Source: Acidobacteriota bacterium (GTDB taxonomy: Bacteria > Acidobacteriota > Terriglobia > Terriglobales > SCQP01). From it: a stretch of 64,000 bases of DNA. Positions within the stretch are counted from its first letter, which is position 1; every line of letters begins with the position of its first letter. The translations under genes and the position numbers were made by a program. The notes under the pieces are model-generated. The model was not told where the DNA came from. It worked only from the letters and a program-made list of their open reading frames with translations, and searched no databases. The stretch covers positions 34,713-98,712 of the forward strand of contig JAKAZV010000001.1 in NCBI GenBank assembly GCA_021826505.1, written 5' to 3'. Positions 8,538 to 18,476 of this stretch are shown here, in pieces.

Positions 8538-10670
8538 ATGAGATTCGAATTCCGCAGTGTATGGACCATGGCAGCAATGATTTATGCTTTCCCCGTGCTC
8601 TTGGCGGGACAGGCGGTAATTCCGGCATCGGTTAAGCCGGCCATGCTGCAAAGCGCGCCGGCCACGGCCGGCGGCGCCACCGTTGCCTGGGCGTCCGATG
8701 CCATTTTATTGCCGCGGTCGGCGTCAGCGGTTATGCCAGACATGTTTTTATGCAATCAGTTGCTCGCCGCGAATACGAATGAAAGCTCCTTGGCGGCGCA
8801 GTGCGGCGGCCAAAGTAATAATTGGGCTTACGGCATCAGCCGCGCTTTGGCGCGACCCTCCCGTCCCGGCCCGAACCGCGGGTTAGCCGTGCCGGCACTG
8901 GCTAGCCTCGCATTCACTGATCGAAACACTAAAATACCTGGCACGGTGGTTGAATTCGCGCCCATGCCGCTGCCCGTTTGGACTGAATCGCCGGGCGGAT
9001 TTCCGCATTACGAGCTTTTTATTGGTTACTCCAATTTCATGTCTTTCCCCGGGCTGCGCAGCGATAACCGAATCGTGTGGGCCTCCGGCTTTAGCACTTC
9101 CTTTGCCATCAATCTGAGCCGCATGTTCGGTATTGTCTTTGACTTTGCCAACTATCACGTCAATCGCTTTGGCCCGGGCGCGCCGCCCATTGGCGGCACC
9201 GTGAATGCCCGCGGCAATGTTTTTTCCTATATGACCGGGCCTCGCCTGTCGTGGCGCAACGGCCGTTTTACCCCTTTTATTCAAGTGCTCTTCGGAGAAA
9301 TGGATGCAACTCGTGTCACGCTCAATGGCTGCGGCGGGGCTGGCTGCACTCCCCTGCCATTCCAGAGTTCGTATGCCGCCAATGCCGGCGGGGGCCTGGA
9401 TCTAACCCTTACGCACAATCTCGCGCTACGGCTGTTTCAAGCCGAATATGCCTGGACACATTTCCCGGATCCCACCTCCGCAACCGGACGCCTCACCAGC
9501 CAAAACAACGTACGCTTATCTACGGGCATCGTCTTCCGTTTTGGCGGCGACAAATTGACGCGCTCCGCTTACCTGTCGCCCGCCAATAGCTGCACGGCGC
9601 ACCCGCTCTCGGTCCTGGCCCAGTCTGGCGACACGGTAGCGGTCCGTTCTGATGCAACCGATCCGTACGGCCTGCCGATCAGCTATGGCTGGACCACGAC
9701 CGGGGGCGCAATCGAGGGCTCCGGCTCCCATGTCCGCTGGCATTCTTCCGGCCTGACAACAGGAACCTATACCATCATCAGCCGGGTTCGCGATTCCAAC
9801 CGCCAAACGGCCGAGTGTTCTGTAAAGATCCATGTGCTGCCCAGCCCGCGGCCAAGTGTGCGCTGTTCGGCTGATCACAACAATCTGACGGCAGGCGAAA
9901 GCACGCTGATTACCGCGGCAGGGCATAGCCCGGAACAGTATCCCCTTGTCTATTCCTGGACTATGGATGGGAATCCGATGGCGGGCAACTCGCCTACCAC
10001 AAAATTTAACAGCACCCATCTGGTTCCCGGCACTTATATCGTAACCGGGCATGTGGACGATGGGCATGGCGGCAGCGCTGACTGCAATGTCCGCATGGAA
10101 GTTTCCGCACAACCGGTCAGTTTGCCGGCTCTGGTGAAACGGTTGACCCTCCATAGCATTTATTTCCCGACCAATCAGCCTGGCCTGGACAACGATAGCG
10201 GCAATCGTTACAGCGGCCTGCTGTCAAGCCAGCAAACCATCCTCAAAGCCCTGGCGGTGAATTTCCTGGAGTATTTGAAATTACAGCCCGATGCCAAACT
10301 GACTTTAGAAGGCCATGCCGACGCTCGCGGCTCGGCGGCTTACAACGAAATTCTCGCCCGGCATCGTGCCGTGCTTTGCAAACAATTTCTGATTGATCAA
10401 GGAGTTCCCGCCGGCAGCCTGCTCACCCGCTCCTTTGGGAAGCAGCAACAACTGGATGCAAACCAAGTCCGTGCCCAGATGAATGCCGACCCCAATCTCA
10501 GCGGCCCGCAGCGTCAGGCGCTCTTTGCCCACCTTCATTCCATCATTTTGGCGCAGAACCGCCGCGTGGATATTGTCCTCGACCAGACTGGACAAAAATC
10601 GACACGCCGGTATCCATTCAACGCCCATGATGCTCTCACCCTGCTCAATGACAAAGACCTTAACCATTAA
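8538..10670 (+). CDS. outer-membrane beta-barrel protein with two PKD/Ig-like domains and OmpA-like peptidoglycan-binding domain
   Basis: Amphipathic strands ending NNVRLSTGIVFRFG; repeated Cys-bracketed YSW-containing Ig domains; EGHADARGS..YN..LA..RA, SFGK, NRRV; AGGAG SD before ATG 8538. Confidence 0.88.
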   Translation: MRFEFRSVWTMAAMIYAFPVLLAGQAVIPASVKPAMLQSAPATAGGATVAWASDAILLPRSASAVMPDMFLCNQLLAANTNESSLAAQCGGQSNNWAYGISRALARPSRPGPNRGLAVPALASLAFTDRNTKIPGTVVEFAPMPLPVWTESPGGFPHYELFIGYSNFMSFPGLRSDNRIVWASGFSTSFAINLSRMFGIVFDFANYHVNRFGPGAPPIGGTVNARGNVFSYMTGPRLSWRNGRFTPFIQVLFGEMDATRVTLNGCGGAGCTPLPFQSSYAANAGGGLDLTLTHNLALRLFQAEYAWTHFPDPTSATGRLTSQNNVRLSTGIVFRFGGDKLTRSAYLSPANSCTAHPLSVLAQSGDTVAVRSDATDPYGLPISYGWTTTGGAIEGSGSHVRWHSSGLTTGTYTIISRVRDSNRQTAECSVKIHVLPSPRPSVRCSADHNNLTAGESTLITAAGHSPEQYPLVYSWTMDGNPMAGNSPTTKFNSTHLVPGTYIVTGHVDDGHGGSADCNVRMEVSAQPVSLPALVKRLTLHSIYFPTNQPGLDNDSGNRYSGLLSSQQTILKALAVNFLEYLKLQPDAKLTLEGHADARGSAAYNEILARHRAVLCKQFLIDQGVPAGSLLTRSFGKQQQLDANQVRAQMNADPNLSGPQRQALFAHLHSIILAQNRRVDIVLDQTGQKSTRRYPFNAHDALTLLNDKDLNH

Positions 10671-10930
10671 AATTAGTCTGTCCGCGGCGCAGCCGCTTCT
10701 CGTTTAGGCGAAACAATGGAAGGGCAGTTGCTCTCCGCCCCATCCCGCTGCGCGGGATGGGGTCTCTGGCCGAGGTTTGCGAACTCTGATGGAGGCTGGC
10801 ATTCAATCGTCGTTCATAGGCGCGGGCCTATCAGGAAACCCCACGCGACACCGCCCGCGGGCAATCTTAAACGCAATTTCCTTGAAATTACTGAACACTT
10901 GCACCCCTGTGCGGCTCGGCCGTGAACGCT

Positions 10931-11225
10931 TAGAGATTGTAATGAACCTGGGCTGAAAAGCATTAAGTATTGAACGAGCATGAGGCAGGCGAATTCGAAA
11001 TAGTGAAAGCCAGTAAGAATCGCTGTGAGCCATTCGTAGTTTCGAGCCAGGCGGCGGAAGCGGGCGGCCCAGACAAAGCTTCTTTCAACGACTCAGCCGC
11101 GGGGCAGCAGAAAAAAGCCGCGTTCGGCCTGGGTGTGCTTGCCCATTTCCAGTTGAATGTCATGTCCGGCAGCCACATGCCGCGCGGCTTCTCCTGTATA
11201 TTCCTAAAGTTCATGAATGGCTCCA
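10931..11225. mobile_element. possible internally deleted IS remnant (IS5-like)
   Basis: Degenerate terminal inverted repeats (12/19 match); internal frame EPFVVSSQAAEAGGPDKASFNDSAAGQQ resembles antisense frames I recall from IS5-type elements; no transposase core visible. Confidence 0.35.
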
Positions 11226-11313
11226 GGCAGAAATTTGGCGTTTGGAATGTTCTGTGCTATACAACTTGCTTGCCCGGCTCGCGCCGGGACACGATCACTG
11301 GAGAGATGATCCG

Positions 11314-13728
11314 ATGAGTTTTCTGGACCTATTGGCCCTGCAAACCCCCGCCCCCGCTGCCGGGGAAGCCAATCTCAAACTGCCTGATTTCACCCAGGTG
11401 CGGTTTCTCGGCATGAACGGGCATCACCTGCTCATGTATGGGCTGCTGTTCTGCGTCTTTGGCCTGCTGTTTGGCCTGGCCATGTACAGCCGCATCCGCA
11501 ATCTGCCGGTGCACCGCTCGATGGGTGAAATCTCCGCGATCATCTGGGAAACCTGCAAAACCTATTTATTCCAGCAGGGCAAATTTCTGCTGCTGCTGTG
11601 GAGCTTTATCGCGGCCATCATCATTTTATACTTCGGCCTGCTGCTGCATTTTTCGGTTTTTCGCGTGGCCATTATTCTGGGCTTCAGCGTGCTGGGCATT
11701 GCCGGCAGCTATCTGGTGGCCTGGTACGGCATTCGGGTCAACACTTTTGCCAATTCGCGCACCGCTTTTGCCAGCCTGGAGGGCAAGCCCTACCCGGTCT
11801 ATAGCGTGCCGGTCAGCGCGGGCATGAGCGTGGGCATGATGCTGATCAGCGTAGAACTGCTGATGATGCTTTCGATTCTGCTGTTTGTGCCCGGGGCCTA
11901 CGCCGGCCCCTGCTTTATCGGCTTTGCCATCGGCGAATCGCTGGGCGCGGCGGCGCTGCGCATCGCCGGCGGCATTTTCACCAAAATCGCCGATATCGGC
12001 GCCGACCTGATGAAGATCGTCTTCAAAATCAAGGAAGACGATGCCCGCAACCCGGGCGTGATCGCCGACTGCACCGGCGACAATGCCGGCGATTCGGTGG
12101 GCCCCTCGGCCGACGGCTTTGAAACCTATGGCGTGACCGGCGTGGCGCTGATCGCCTTTATCCTGCTGGGCGTGAAGTCGCCCATGATTCAGGTGCAATT
12201 GCTGGTCTGGATTTTCGTGATTCGCATCGTCATGCTGGTGGCGGCGGCGGCGGCCTATTACATTAACCAGACGATCAGCAAGGCCCGCTATGGCCAGGCC
12301 GAACAGATGAACTTTGAGGCGCCGCTGACCTCGCTGGTCTGGCTGACGTCATTGACCTCGATTGCGCTGACCTTTATCAGCTCCGCCTACATACTGCCGG
12401 CGGTGGGCGGCGACCCGACGGTCTGGTGGAAGCTGGCCACCATTGTTTCCTGCGGCACGCTGGCGGGCGCGGTGATTCCCGAGCTGGTCAAGGTCTTCAC
12501 CTCAACCGAATCGCGGCATGTGCGCGAGGTGGTGGCCTCGGCGCGCGAGGGCGGAGCCTCGCTAGGCATTCTTTCCGGCTTTGTGGCCGGGAATTTTTCG
12601 GCCTACTATCTGGGCCTGACCATGGTCGCCTTGATGGCCATCGGCTCCTGGGTCAGCCTGCATGGGCTGGGTTCGTTTATGCTGGCCGCGCCGGTGTTTG
12701 CTTTTGGCCTGGTGGCGTTTGGCTTTCTGGGCATGGGCCCGGTGACGATCGCGGTAGATTCCTACGGCCCGGTCGCCGACAACGCGCAGTCAGTTTATGA
12801 GCTGTCGCTGATTGAGCAAATTCCAGGGATTGAAGCGGAAGTCAAGCGCGACTTCAACCTGAACATTAACTTTGCGCGGGCCAAGGAAATGCTCGAGGCC
12901 AACGACGGCTGCGGCAACACCTTCAAGGCCACCGCCAAGCCGGTGCTGATCGGCACCGCCGTGGTGGGCGCGACCACCATGATCTTTGCCACCATCATGG
13001 CGCTTACCGACGGGCTGACCACCAATGTCAGCAAACTGTCGCTGCTGCACGCGCCTTTTGTGCTGGGGCTGATCACGGGCGGGGCGATTATTTACTGGTT
13101 TACCGGCGCCAGCACCCAGGCGGTCACCACCGGGGCGTACCGCGCGGTCGAATTTATCAAGGCCAACATGAATCTGGACGGCGCGACCAAGGCCTCGATT
13201 CAGGACAGCAAGACGGTGGTCGGCATCTGCACGCAGTACGCCCAGCGCGGCATGCTCAATATTTTTATTTCCGTCTTTTTCGCCACGCTGGCGTTCGCCT
13301 TTCTTGATCCCTTCTTTTTTATCGGCTATCTGATTTCCATCGCCACGTTTGGCTTATATCAGGCCATCTTCATGGCCAACGCCGGCGGGGCCTGGGACAA
13401 TGCCAAAAAAATCGTGGAAGTCGAGCTCAAGGAAAAAGGCACGCCGCTGCATGACGCCACCGTCGTGGGCGATACGGTCGGCGATCCATTCAAGGACACT
13501 TCCTCGGTGGCGCTGAACCCCATCATCAAATTCACCACACTGTTTGGCCTGCTGGCGGTGGAGCTGGCGGTGCGGCTGACGGCGGCCAAGGGCGCCGGCC
13601 TGACCCATATTCTGGCGGCGATTTTCTTTGCCATTTCTTACTATTTTGTCTATCGCTCGTTTTATGGGATGCGGATTCGCAAGGCGGGGAAAGAAGTTCC
13701 GGCCAAGGATTTGCAGCCGGTGGCATGA
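11314..13728 (+). CDS. hppA: membrane-integral ion-translocating pyrophosphatase (K+-independent H+-PPase type)
   Basis: GGIFTKIADIGADL, EDDARNPGVIAD..GDNAGD, DSYGPVADNA, GNTFKA, GGAWDNAKK, GDTVGDPFKD. Confidence 0.95.
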   Translation: MSFLDLLALQTPAPAAGEANLKLPDFTQVRFLGMNGHHLLMYGLLFCVFGLLFGLAMYSRIRNLPVHRSMGEISAIIWETCKTYLFQQGKFLLLLWSFIAAIIILYFGLLLHFSVFRVAIILGFSVLGIAGSYLVAWYGIRVNTFANSRTAFASLEGKPYPVYSVPVSAGMSVGMMLISVELLMMLSILLFVPGAYAGPCFIGFAIGESLGAAALRIAGGIFTKIADIGADLMKIVFKIKEDDARNPGVIADCTGDNAGDSVGPSADGFETYGVTGVALIAFILLGVKSPMIQVQLLVWIFVIRIVMLVAAAAAYYINQTISKARYGQAEQMNFEAPLTSLVWLTSLTSIALTFISSAYILPAVGGDPTVWWKLATIVSCGTLAGAVIPELVKVFTSTESRHVREVVASAREGGASLGILSGFVAGNFSAYYLGLTMVALMAIGSWVSLHGLGSFMLAAPVFAFGLVAFGFLGMGPVTIAVDSYGPVADNAQSVYELSLIEQIPGIEAEVKRDFNLNINFARAKEMLEANDGCGNTFKATAKPVLIGTAVVGATTMIFATIMALTDGLTTNVSKLSLLHAPFVLGLITGGAIIYWFTGASTQAVTTGAYRAVEFIKANMNLDGATKASIQDSKTVVGICTQYAQRGMLNIFISVFFATLAFAFLDPFFFIGYLISIATFGLYQAIFMANAGGAWDNAKKIVEVELKEKGTPLHDATVVGDTVGDPFKDTSSVALNPIIKFTTLFGLLAVELAVRLTAAKGAGLTHILAAIFFAISYYFVYRSFYGMRIRKAGKEVPAKDLQPVA

Positions 13729-13816
13729 AGTAGTGTCCATGCGGTGCATGGCTTTAATGCATGGGATAGGCAGTTGAATTGCTTGGGTATTTCTGAAGTA
13801 TTTTTCGGGAATACCC

Positions 13817-14314
13817 ATGCATTCCACCGCCATGGCCGCCAGGAACCGCGCCCGCGGCTTCTCGCTGATCGAGTTGCTGGTGGTGGTCACCATTATTTTG
13901 ATTCTGGCCGCGATCGCCATACCGCGATACCTGACGGCGGTTCAATTTGCGCATGCCACCGCCGGCGCCGAGCTGATGCGCGCGCTCGATAAAGCCGAGG
14001 CCTCGTATATCGCGCTCTATCCGCAAATCGGTTTCAGCCCGAATCTGGCCGATCTGGGGCCGTATGGCATTACGCCTTCCTCGACCGCTGCGGGGCTGGT
14101 GGATGCAACTCTGGCGGGGGCGGATACGACTGCCGATCAAGGCTATTTATTTACCTATACGCCCGGCAGCGGAGGCAGCTCCATTACAACCTATACCCTG
14201 AGCGCCGCGCCGCAAAACCAGACGACCTATCGCTATTATTACAGCGACGAGACGGGCGAATTGCGCTATAGCGACAGCGGTCCGGCGACCGGCGCCAGCG
14301 CCTTGCTGCAATAA
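13817..14314 (+). CDS. type IV pilin-like protein
   Basis: Prepilin cleavage motif RG/FSLIELLVVVTIILILAAIAIP. Confidence 0.9.
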   Translation: MHSTAMAARNRARGFSLIELLVVVTIILILAAIAIPRYLTAVQFAHATAGAELMRALDKAEASYIALYPQIGFSPNLADLGPYGITPSSTAAGLVDATLAGADTTADQGYLFTYTPGSGGSSITTYTLSAAPQNQTTYRYYYSDETGELRYSDSGPATGASALLQ

Positions 14315-14333
14315 AGGGAATGCCAAACTGTGG

Positions 14334-14362
14334 CCCCGAGTGACAAATTTTGTCACTCGGGG
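14334..14362. terminator. bidirectional terminator-like hairpin
   Basis: Perfect 14-bp inverted repeat ccccgagtgacaaa-t-tttgtcactcgggg between convergent genes. Confidence 0.65.
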
Positions 14363-14374
14363 GCTGCGATTCAT

Positions 14375-16423
14375 CTACCAGACGCGGCAGGCCTTGGGTC
14401 CGGCCACCATGGGGCTGCCGGGGCCGCAATGAAAGGCGCGGGCAAAGGCGCCGAAGTTTTCGAGCACTCCGTTGACCCGGAAGCGTCCGGGCGAGTGCGG
14501 ATCTTCGCGCGCCAGCAATTGCTTGATCTGCGGCGTGGCGTTTTCGCACCAGATCTGGCCGTAGCTGAGGAAGTAGCGCTGCAGCGGGGTATAGCCGCCG
14601 CCGGCGGGCTGGTTGGGGTTGACGTGGTCGCGGGCCAGTTCGGTGAGCAGCGCCATGTAGGCCAGGCGAATGCCGCCGTTGTCGGCGGTATTTTCGCCCA
14701 GCGTCAGGCGTCCGTTCAGGTGCAGGTTGCCGTTGACGGTGAATTTCGCGTATTCGTGCACAAAGCAGTCTTCGCGCTGATCAAAGTTTTTCTTGTCGCT
14801 CGGTGTCCACCAGTTGTGCAGATTGCCATGGGGGCCGAAGCGGCTGCCCTGGTCATCAAAGCCGTGGGTATTTTCATGGCCGATGACCATGCCCATGCCG
14901 CCAAAATTCGAGGCAGGATCGGCTTTGTAGTTATAAAACGGCGGCTGCAGAATGCCGGCGGGAAAAACGATGACGTTCTGGTTGGGATCGTAATAGGCGT
15001 TGACGGTGGGCGGCGTCATCTGCCAGTGGGTGCGGTCAAATGGGCGCCCGATTTTTACCAGGTTGCGATGCAGGTTAAAGATGCCGGCACGCTGCACGTC
15101 GGCAAAAAAAGCGGTGCGGGAAATGTGCAGGGGAGCGTAGTTGCGCCACTTGTCGGGATAGCCAATCATGTTGGCAATGTGATGCAGCTTGTAGATGGCT
15201 TTCTGGCGCGTGGCCGGAGTCAGCCATTTCAGGCTGGCCAGATCGCGGCCCAGGGCGGCCTGGATCTCACGCACCATGCGCAATGCCCGCGCCTTGGCCA
15301 CGGGCGGGAAATATTTTTTCACATACAGCCGGCCCAGCGCCATGCCCAGATCGCCGTCCGCATAGCGCACGCAGCGCTTCCAGCGCGGCTGATTCTGCTT
15401 CTGGCCGGAAAGAATCTGTCCGTAAAAATGAAAATTCGCGGCCACATAGGGGTGGGAGAGATAAGGCGCGGCCGCAGACAGCGCGTGGGCCAGCAGATAG
15501 GCGCGCCAGACGGATAACGGCTCGGTCTGGGCCAGATGACTGATGGCTTTGGCAAAGCGCAGCGAAGCCACGTTGACCTCGCCCACCGGCGGGGTATGCA
15601 TGGCGCGAAAATACCGCGGCCATGCCCAGCCGGGCGCCAGTTGCCGCAGCCGCGCCACGGTCATCATGTGATAGGTATGGACGGGATTGCGGCGATAGAC
15701 ATGGCTGCGCGCCGCATGCGCCAGCGCCATCTCAAGCCGCATGGTGGCCGCCACCTCGGTCTGGGCCTGATGGGCGTTGCGGCCGGCCAGACGGAGCAGG
15801 GTGGTCAGATAAGCCTCATATTGCCGGCGCAGCTTGACTGAATGGGCGTCGGTTTTCAGATAATAGCTGCGGCTGGGCAGCCCCAGCCCGCCCTGATCAA
15901 TTTGCGCGATGACGTGTTCGACATTTTTAATATCCGGCCCGGAATAAAGCCGGAAAAAAACCATGGTCCCGTGCCGCTGCAGCCGCGTGACCAATGGCAA
16001 GAGCTGGGCGCGCGAGCGCAGAGACTCAATCGCGGCCAGCCGGGCCTTTAGCGGCGCCAGGCCCAGATGCTGGATGCGCGCCGTGTTCATGCAGGCGGCA
16101 TAAAAGTTTCCCACTTTGCGCTCAATGGGCGTGCGATGCGGGTTGGGGCGCGAGGCCTGTTCCAGGATTTTTCGCAGTGCGATCTGGTTGCGCTGCTGGA
16201 GTTCGTTAAAGCGGCCCCACATGGGTTCATCGGCGGGAATGGGATGGGTCTTTTTCCAGTTTCCGCAGGCGTACATATAGAAGTCGCTGCAGGGGTTGAT
16301 GTGGGTGTCAATGGCTTTGAGATCCACGCCCGGAGGATTGGCGCCATGCCCCGGAACCGTCCATCCCATTACGCCCAGAGCCAGGCCGAAAACCGCGACT
16401 GTTAAACCGCGCAAATGCCGCAT
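14375..16423 (-). CDS. M13 (neprilysin/PepO-like) metallopeptidase, secreted
   Basis: Signal peptide; PCSDFY.YACG.W; VNAYY; HENTHGFDDQG; GENTADNGG; DPHSPGRFR. Confidence 0.95.
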   Translation of the reverse strand: MRHLRGLTVAVFGLALGVMGWTVPGHGANPPGVDLKAIDTHINPCSDFYMYACGNWKKTHPIPADEPMWGRFNELQQRNQIALRKILEQASRPNPHRTPIERKVGNFYAACMNTARIQHLGLAPLKARLAAIESLRSRAQLLPLVTRLQRHGTMVFFRLYSGPDIKNVEHVIAQIDQGGLGLPSRSYYLKTDAHSVKLRRQYEAYLTTLLRLAGRNAHQAQTEVAATMRLEMALAHAARSHVYRRNPVHTYHMMTVARLRQLAPGWAWPRYFRAMHTPPVGEVNVASLRFAKAISHLAQTEPLSVWRAYLLAHALSAAAPYLSHPYVAANFHFYGQILSGQKQNQPRWKRCVRYADGDLGMALGRLYVKKYFPPVAKARALRMVREIQAALGRDLASLKWLTPATRQKAIYKLHHIANMIGYPDKWRNYAPLHISRTAFFADVQRAGIFNLHRNLVKIGRPFDRTHWQMTPPTVNAYYDPNQNVIVFPAGILQPPFYNYKADPASNFGGMGMVIGHENTHGFDDQGSRFGPHGNLHNWWTPSDKKNFDQREDCFVHEYAKFTVNGNLHLNGRLTLGENTADNGGIRLAYMALLTELARDHVNPNQPAGGGYTPLQRYFLSYGQIWCENATPQIKQLLAREDPHSPGRFRVNGVLENFGAFARAFHCGPGSPMVAGPKACRVW

Positions 16424-16765
16424 TGAGAACTCTCCTTTGCTGAAAAGGAGAATTATTGCTCAACGGCTCATAAAAGGGAAGCGCTCGGCATATTGCGGCT
16501 GCCTGATTCAGCGGTGCGGGTGCAGCGCTAGAAACAGCCATGCCGTACTTCCAGAAAATTGCGATGCGCGGGAAATGATGATGCTGCACTGCCGTATTTT
16601 CAGACTTTAAAAAATGGACGCCCCCGCCACGGGGATTATGTTAACCGGTTATCCACAGACCGACGCGCGCAATGTGCGCCAAATGCGTTATCGGACACAT
16701 CGGGCGGGGCACCGGGAAGCGAGAGAGCAGAAATGCGGCGAATGAGGGATGATAAATAATCCCTT

Positions 16766-17530
16766 ATGCCCTTGCGTGAAGCCCAGGCCATTGTCTTGCG
16801 CACCTACCCGCTCAAGGAAGCGGACAAGATCGTGGTATTTTTTACCCGCGAGTATGGAAAATGCCGGGGCGTTTCGCGTGGGGCGCGGCGGATGAAAAAT
16901 GGCTTCGGCGGATCGCTCGAGCCGCTTTCCGAGGTGCGGGTCGGGTATTTTGAGCGTCCGCGCAAGGATCTGGTCACGATTGATCGCTGCGATCTCGAAT
17001 CCAGCATGATGCAACTGGCCGGCGGGGATATGACCCGGGTCCTGGCTTTGGCCTATATCGCCGAGGTTGCCGACCGCATGCTGCCCGAGCATGAAGTGAA
17101 TGACGCCAGCTATCGGCTGCTCCGTCTGGTGCTGGGGCGCATTCGCGAAGGTTTGCCGGTTTGGCTGCCGCTCACCTATTATTTATATTGGATGGTGCGC
17201 CTGGGCGGCTTCATGCCGAGCCTGGCGGCCTGCGCCGGCTGCGGCGTCGCGATCGAGGCCGAGCAAGCGGCCTTTTATGCCGGGGATGGCTCGGGCCTGC
17301 GCTGCCGCAACTGCCGGCCGCGGCAGGGAAATGAGCTGGCCGCCTCCGAACGCGGCCTGACCGGATTGCTGGCCCGGTCGCTGGCCGAGCTGCCGGGCGA
17401 TGGCTGGGAAAATGGCCGGCGAGGCCGGGAATTGCGGCGGTTTCTGCATGCCGCGATCGAAGCCCAGATCGAAGCCCAATTGAAAAGCTGGAAGCTGCTG
17501 GAAGAACTGGAAAACGAGCCCGGAATTTAA
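16766..17530 (+). CDS. recO: DNA repair protein RecO
   Basis: AIVLRTYPLKEADKIVVFFTREYGK, FGGSLEP, CxxC..CxxC zinc finger; upstream of glyQS. Confidence 0.93.
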   Translation: MPLREAQAIVLRTYPLKEADKIVVFFTREYGKCRGVSRGARRMKNGFGGSLEPLSEVRVGYFERPRKDLVTIDRCDLESSMMQLAGGDMTRVLALAYIAEVADRMLPEHEVNDASYRLLRLVLGRIREGLPVWLPLTYYLYWMVRLGGFMPSLAACAGCGVAIEAEQAAFYAGDGSGLRCRNCRPRQGNELAASERGLTGLLARSLAELPGDGWENGRRGRELRRFLHAAIEAQIEAQLKSWKLLEELENEPGI

Positions 17531-17554
17531 GAAAAGCTTTAAGAAATCCCATTC

Positions 17555-18472
17555 ATGCCTGAACCAATATCCAGCCAGCCCTCGTCCTCATTTGCCATCG
17601 CCGGGCTGAACTTTCAAGACCTGTGCGCCCGGTTGCAGGCTTATTGGGCGGCGCAGGGCTGCATCGTGCAGCTTCCCTACGACCTGGAAGTGGGCGCGGG
17701 AACCATGGCGCCGGAAACGTTTTTGCGCGTTCTGGGTCCGGAACCCTATCGCGTTGCCTATCTGCAGCCCAGTCGGCGTCCAGCCGATGGACGCTACGGC
17801 GAAAACCCCAACCGGCTGTATAAGCACATCCAGTTGCAAGTGGTTCTGAAGCCGCCGCCGGCCGATATTCAGGCGCTGTATCTGCAAAGCCTGGAGGCGA
17901 TCGGCATTGACCTCAAGGCGCACGACATCAAGTTCGAGGAAGACAACTGGGAGTCGCCCACCCTGGGCGCCTGGGGCCTGGGCTGGCAGGTGCTGCTCGA
18001 TGGGCTTGAGATCACCCAGTTCACCTACTTTCAGCAGTGCGGCGGCCAGGACCTGGAGCCGGTTGCGGTCGAGATCACCTACGGCATGGAGCGGATCGCG
18101 GCTTTTTTGCAGAATGCCGATTCGATCTACGACATTCGCTGGAACGACCGCTGGACCTACCGCGATGTGCGCCTCGACGACGAAGTGCAGATGTCGGTGT
18201 ACAACTTCGAGTCGGCGGATGTTGAAAAGCTCTGGCAGCACTTTAACTTATGCGAAAGCGAGGCGCGGACGCTGCTGGCGGCCGAATATCCGGGCGCTCG
18301 CGCGCCCCTGCTGGGCGCTTATGAGCTTTGCCTGAAGTGCTCGCATTTATTCAACCTGCTGGACGCGCGCGGAGCCATCTCGGTAACCGAGCGGGTGGCC
18401 GTCATCCAGCGCGTGCGGCGCCTGGCCGTGGCCTGCGCGGCGCAGTGGATTCAATTGAAGAAGCCTAATTAA
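17555..18472 (+). CDS. glyQ: glycine--tRNA ligase alpha subunit
   Basis: [50 protein letters not shown]. Confidence 0.98.
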   Translation: MPEPISSQPSSSFAIAGLNFQDLCARLQAYWAAQGCIVQLPYDLEVGAGTMAPETFLRVLGPEPYRVAYLQPSRRPADGRYGENPNRLYKHIQLQVVLKPPPADIQALYLQSLEAIGIDLKAHDIKFEEDNWESPTLGAWGLGWQVLLDGLEITQFTYFQQCGGQDLEPVAVEITYGMERIAAFLQNADSIYDIRWNDRWTYRDVRLDDEVQMSVYNFESADVEKLWQHFNLCESEARTLLAAEYPGARAPLLGAYELCLKCSHLFNLLDARGAISVTERVAVIQRVRRLAVACAAQWIQLKKPN

Positions 18473-18476
18473 TTCA

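Noticed and set aside
16649..16657. Perfect DnaA box TTATCCACA upstream of recO
   Set aside because: A single 9-mer with no box cluster or unwinding element; could be chance and is not an oriC.
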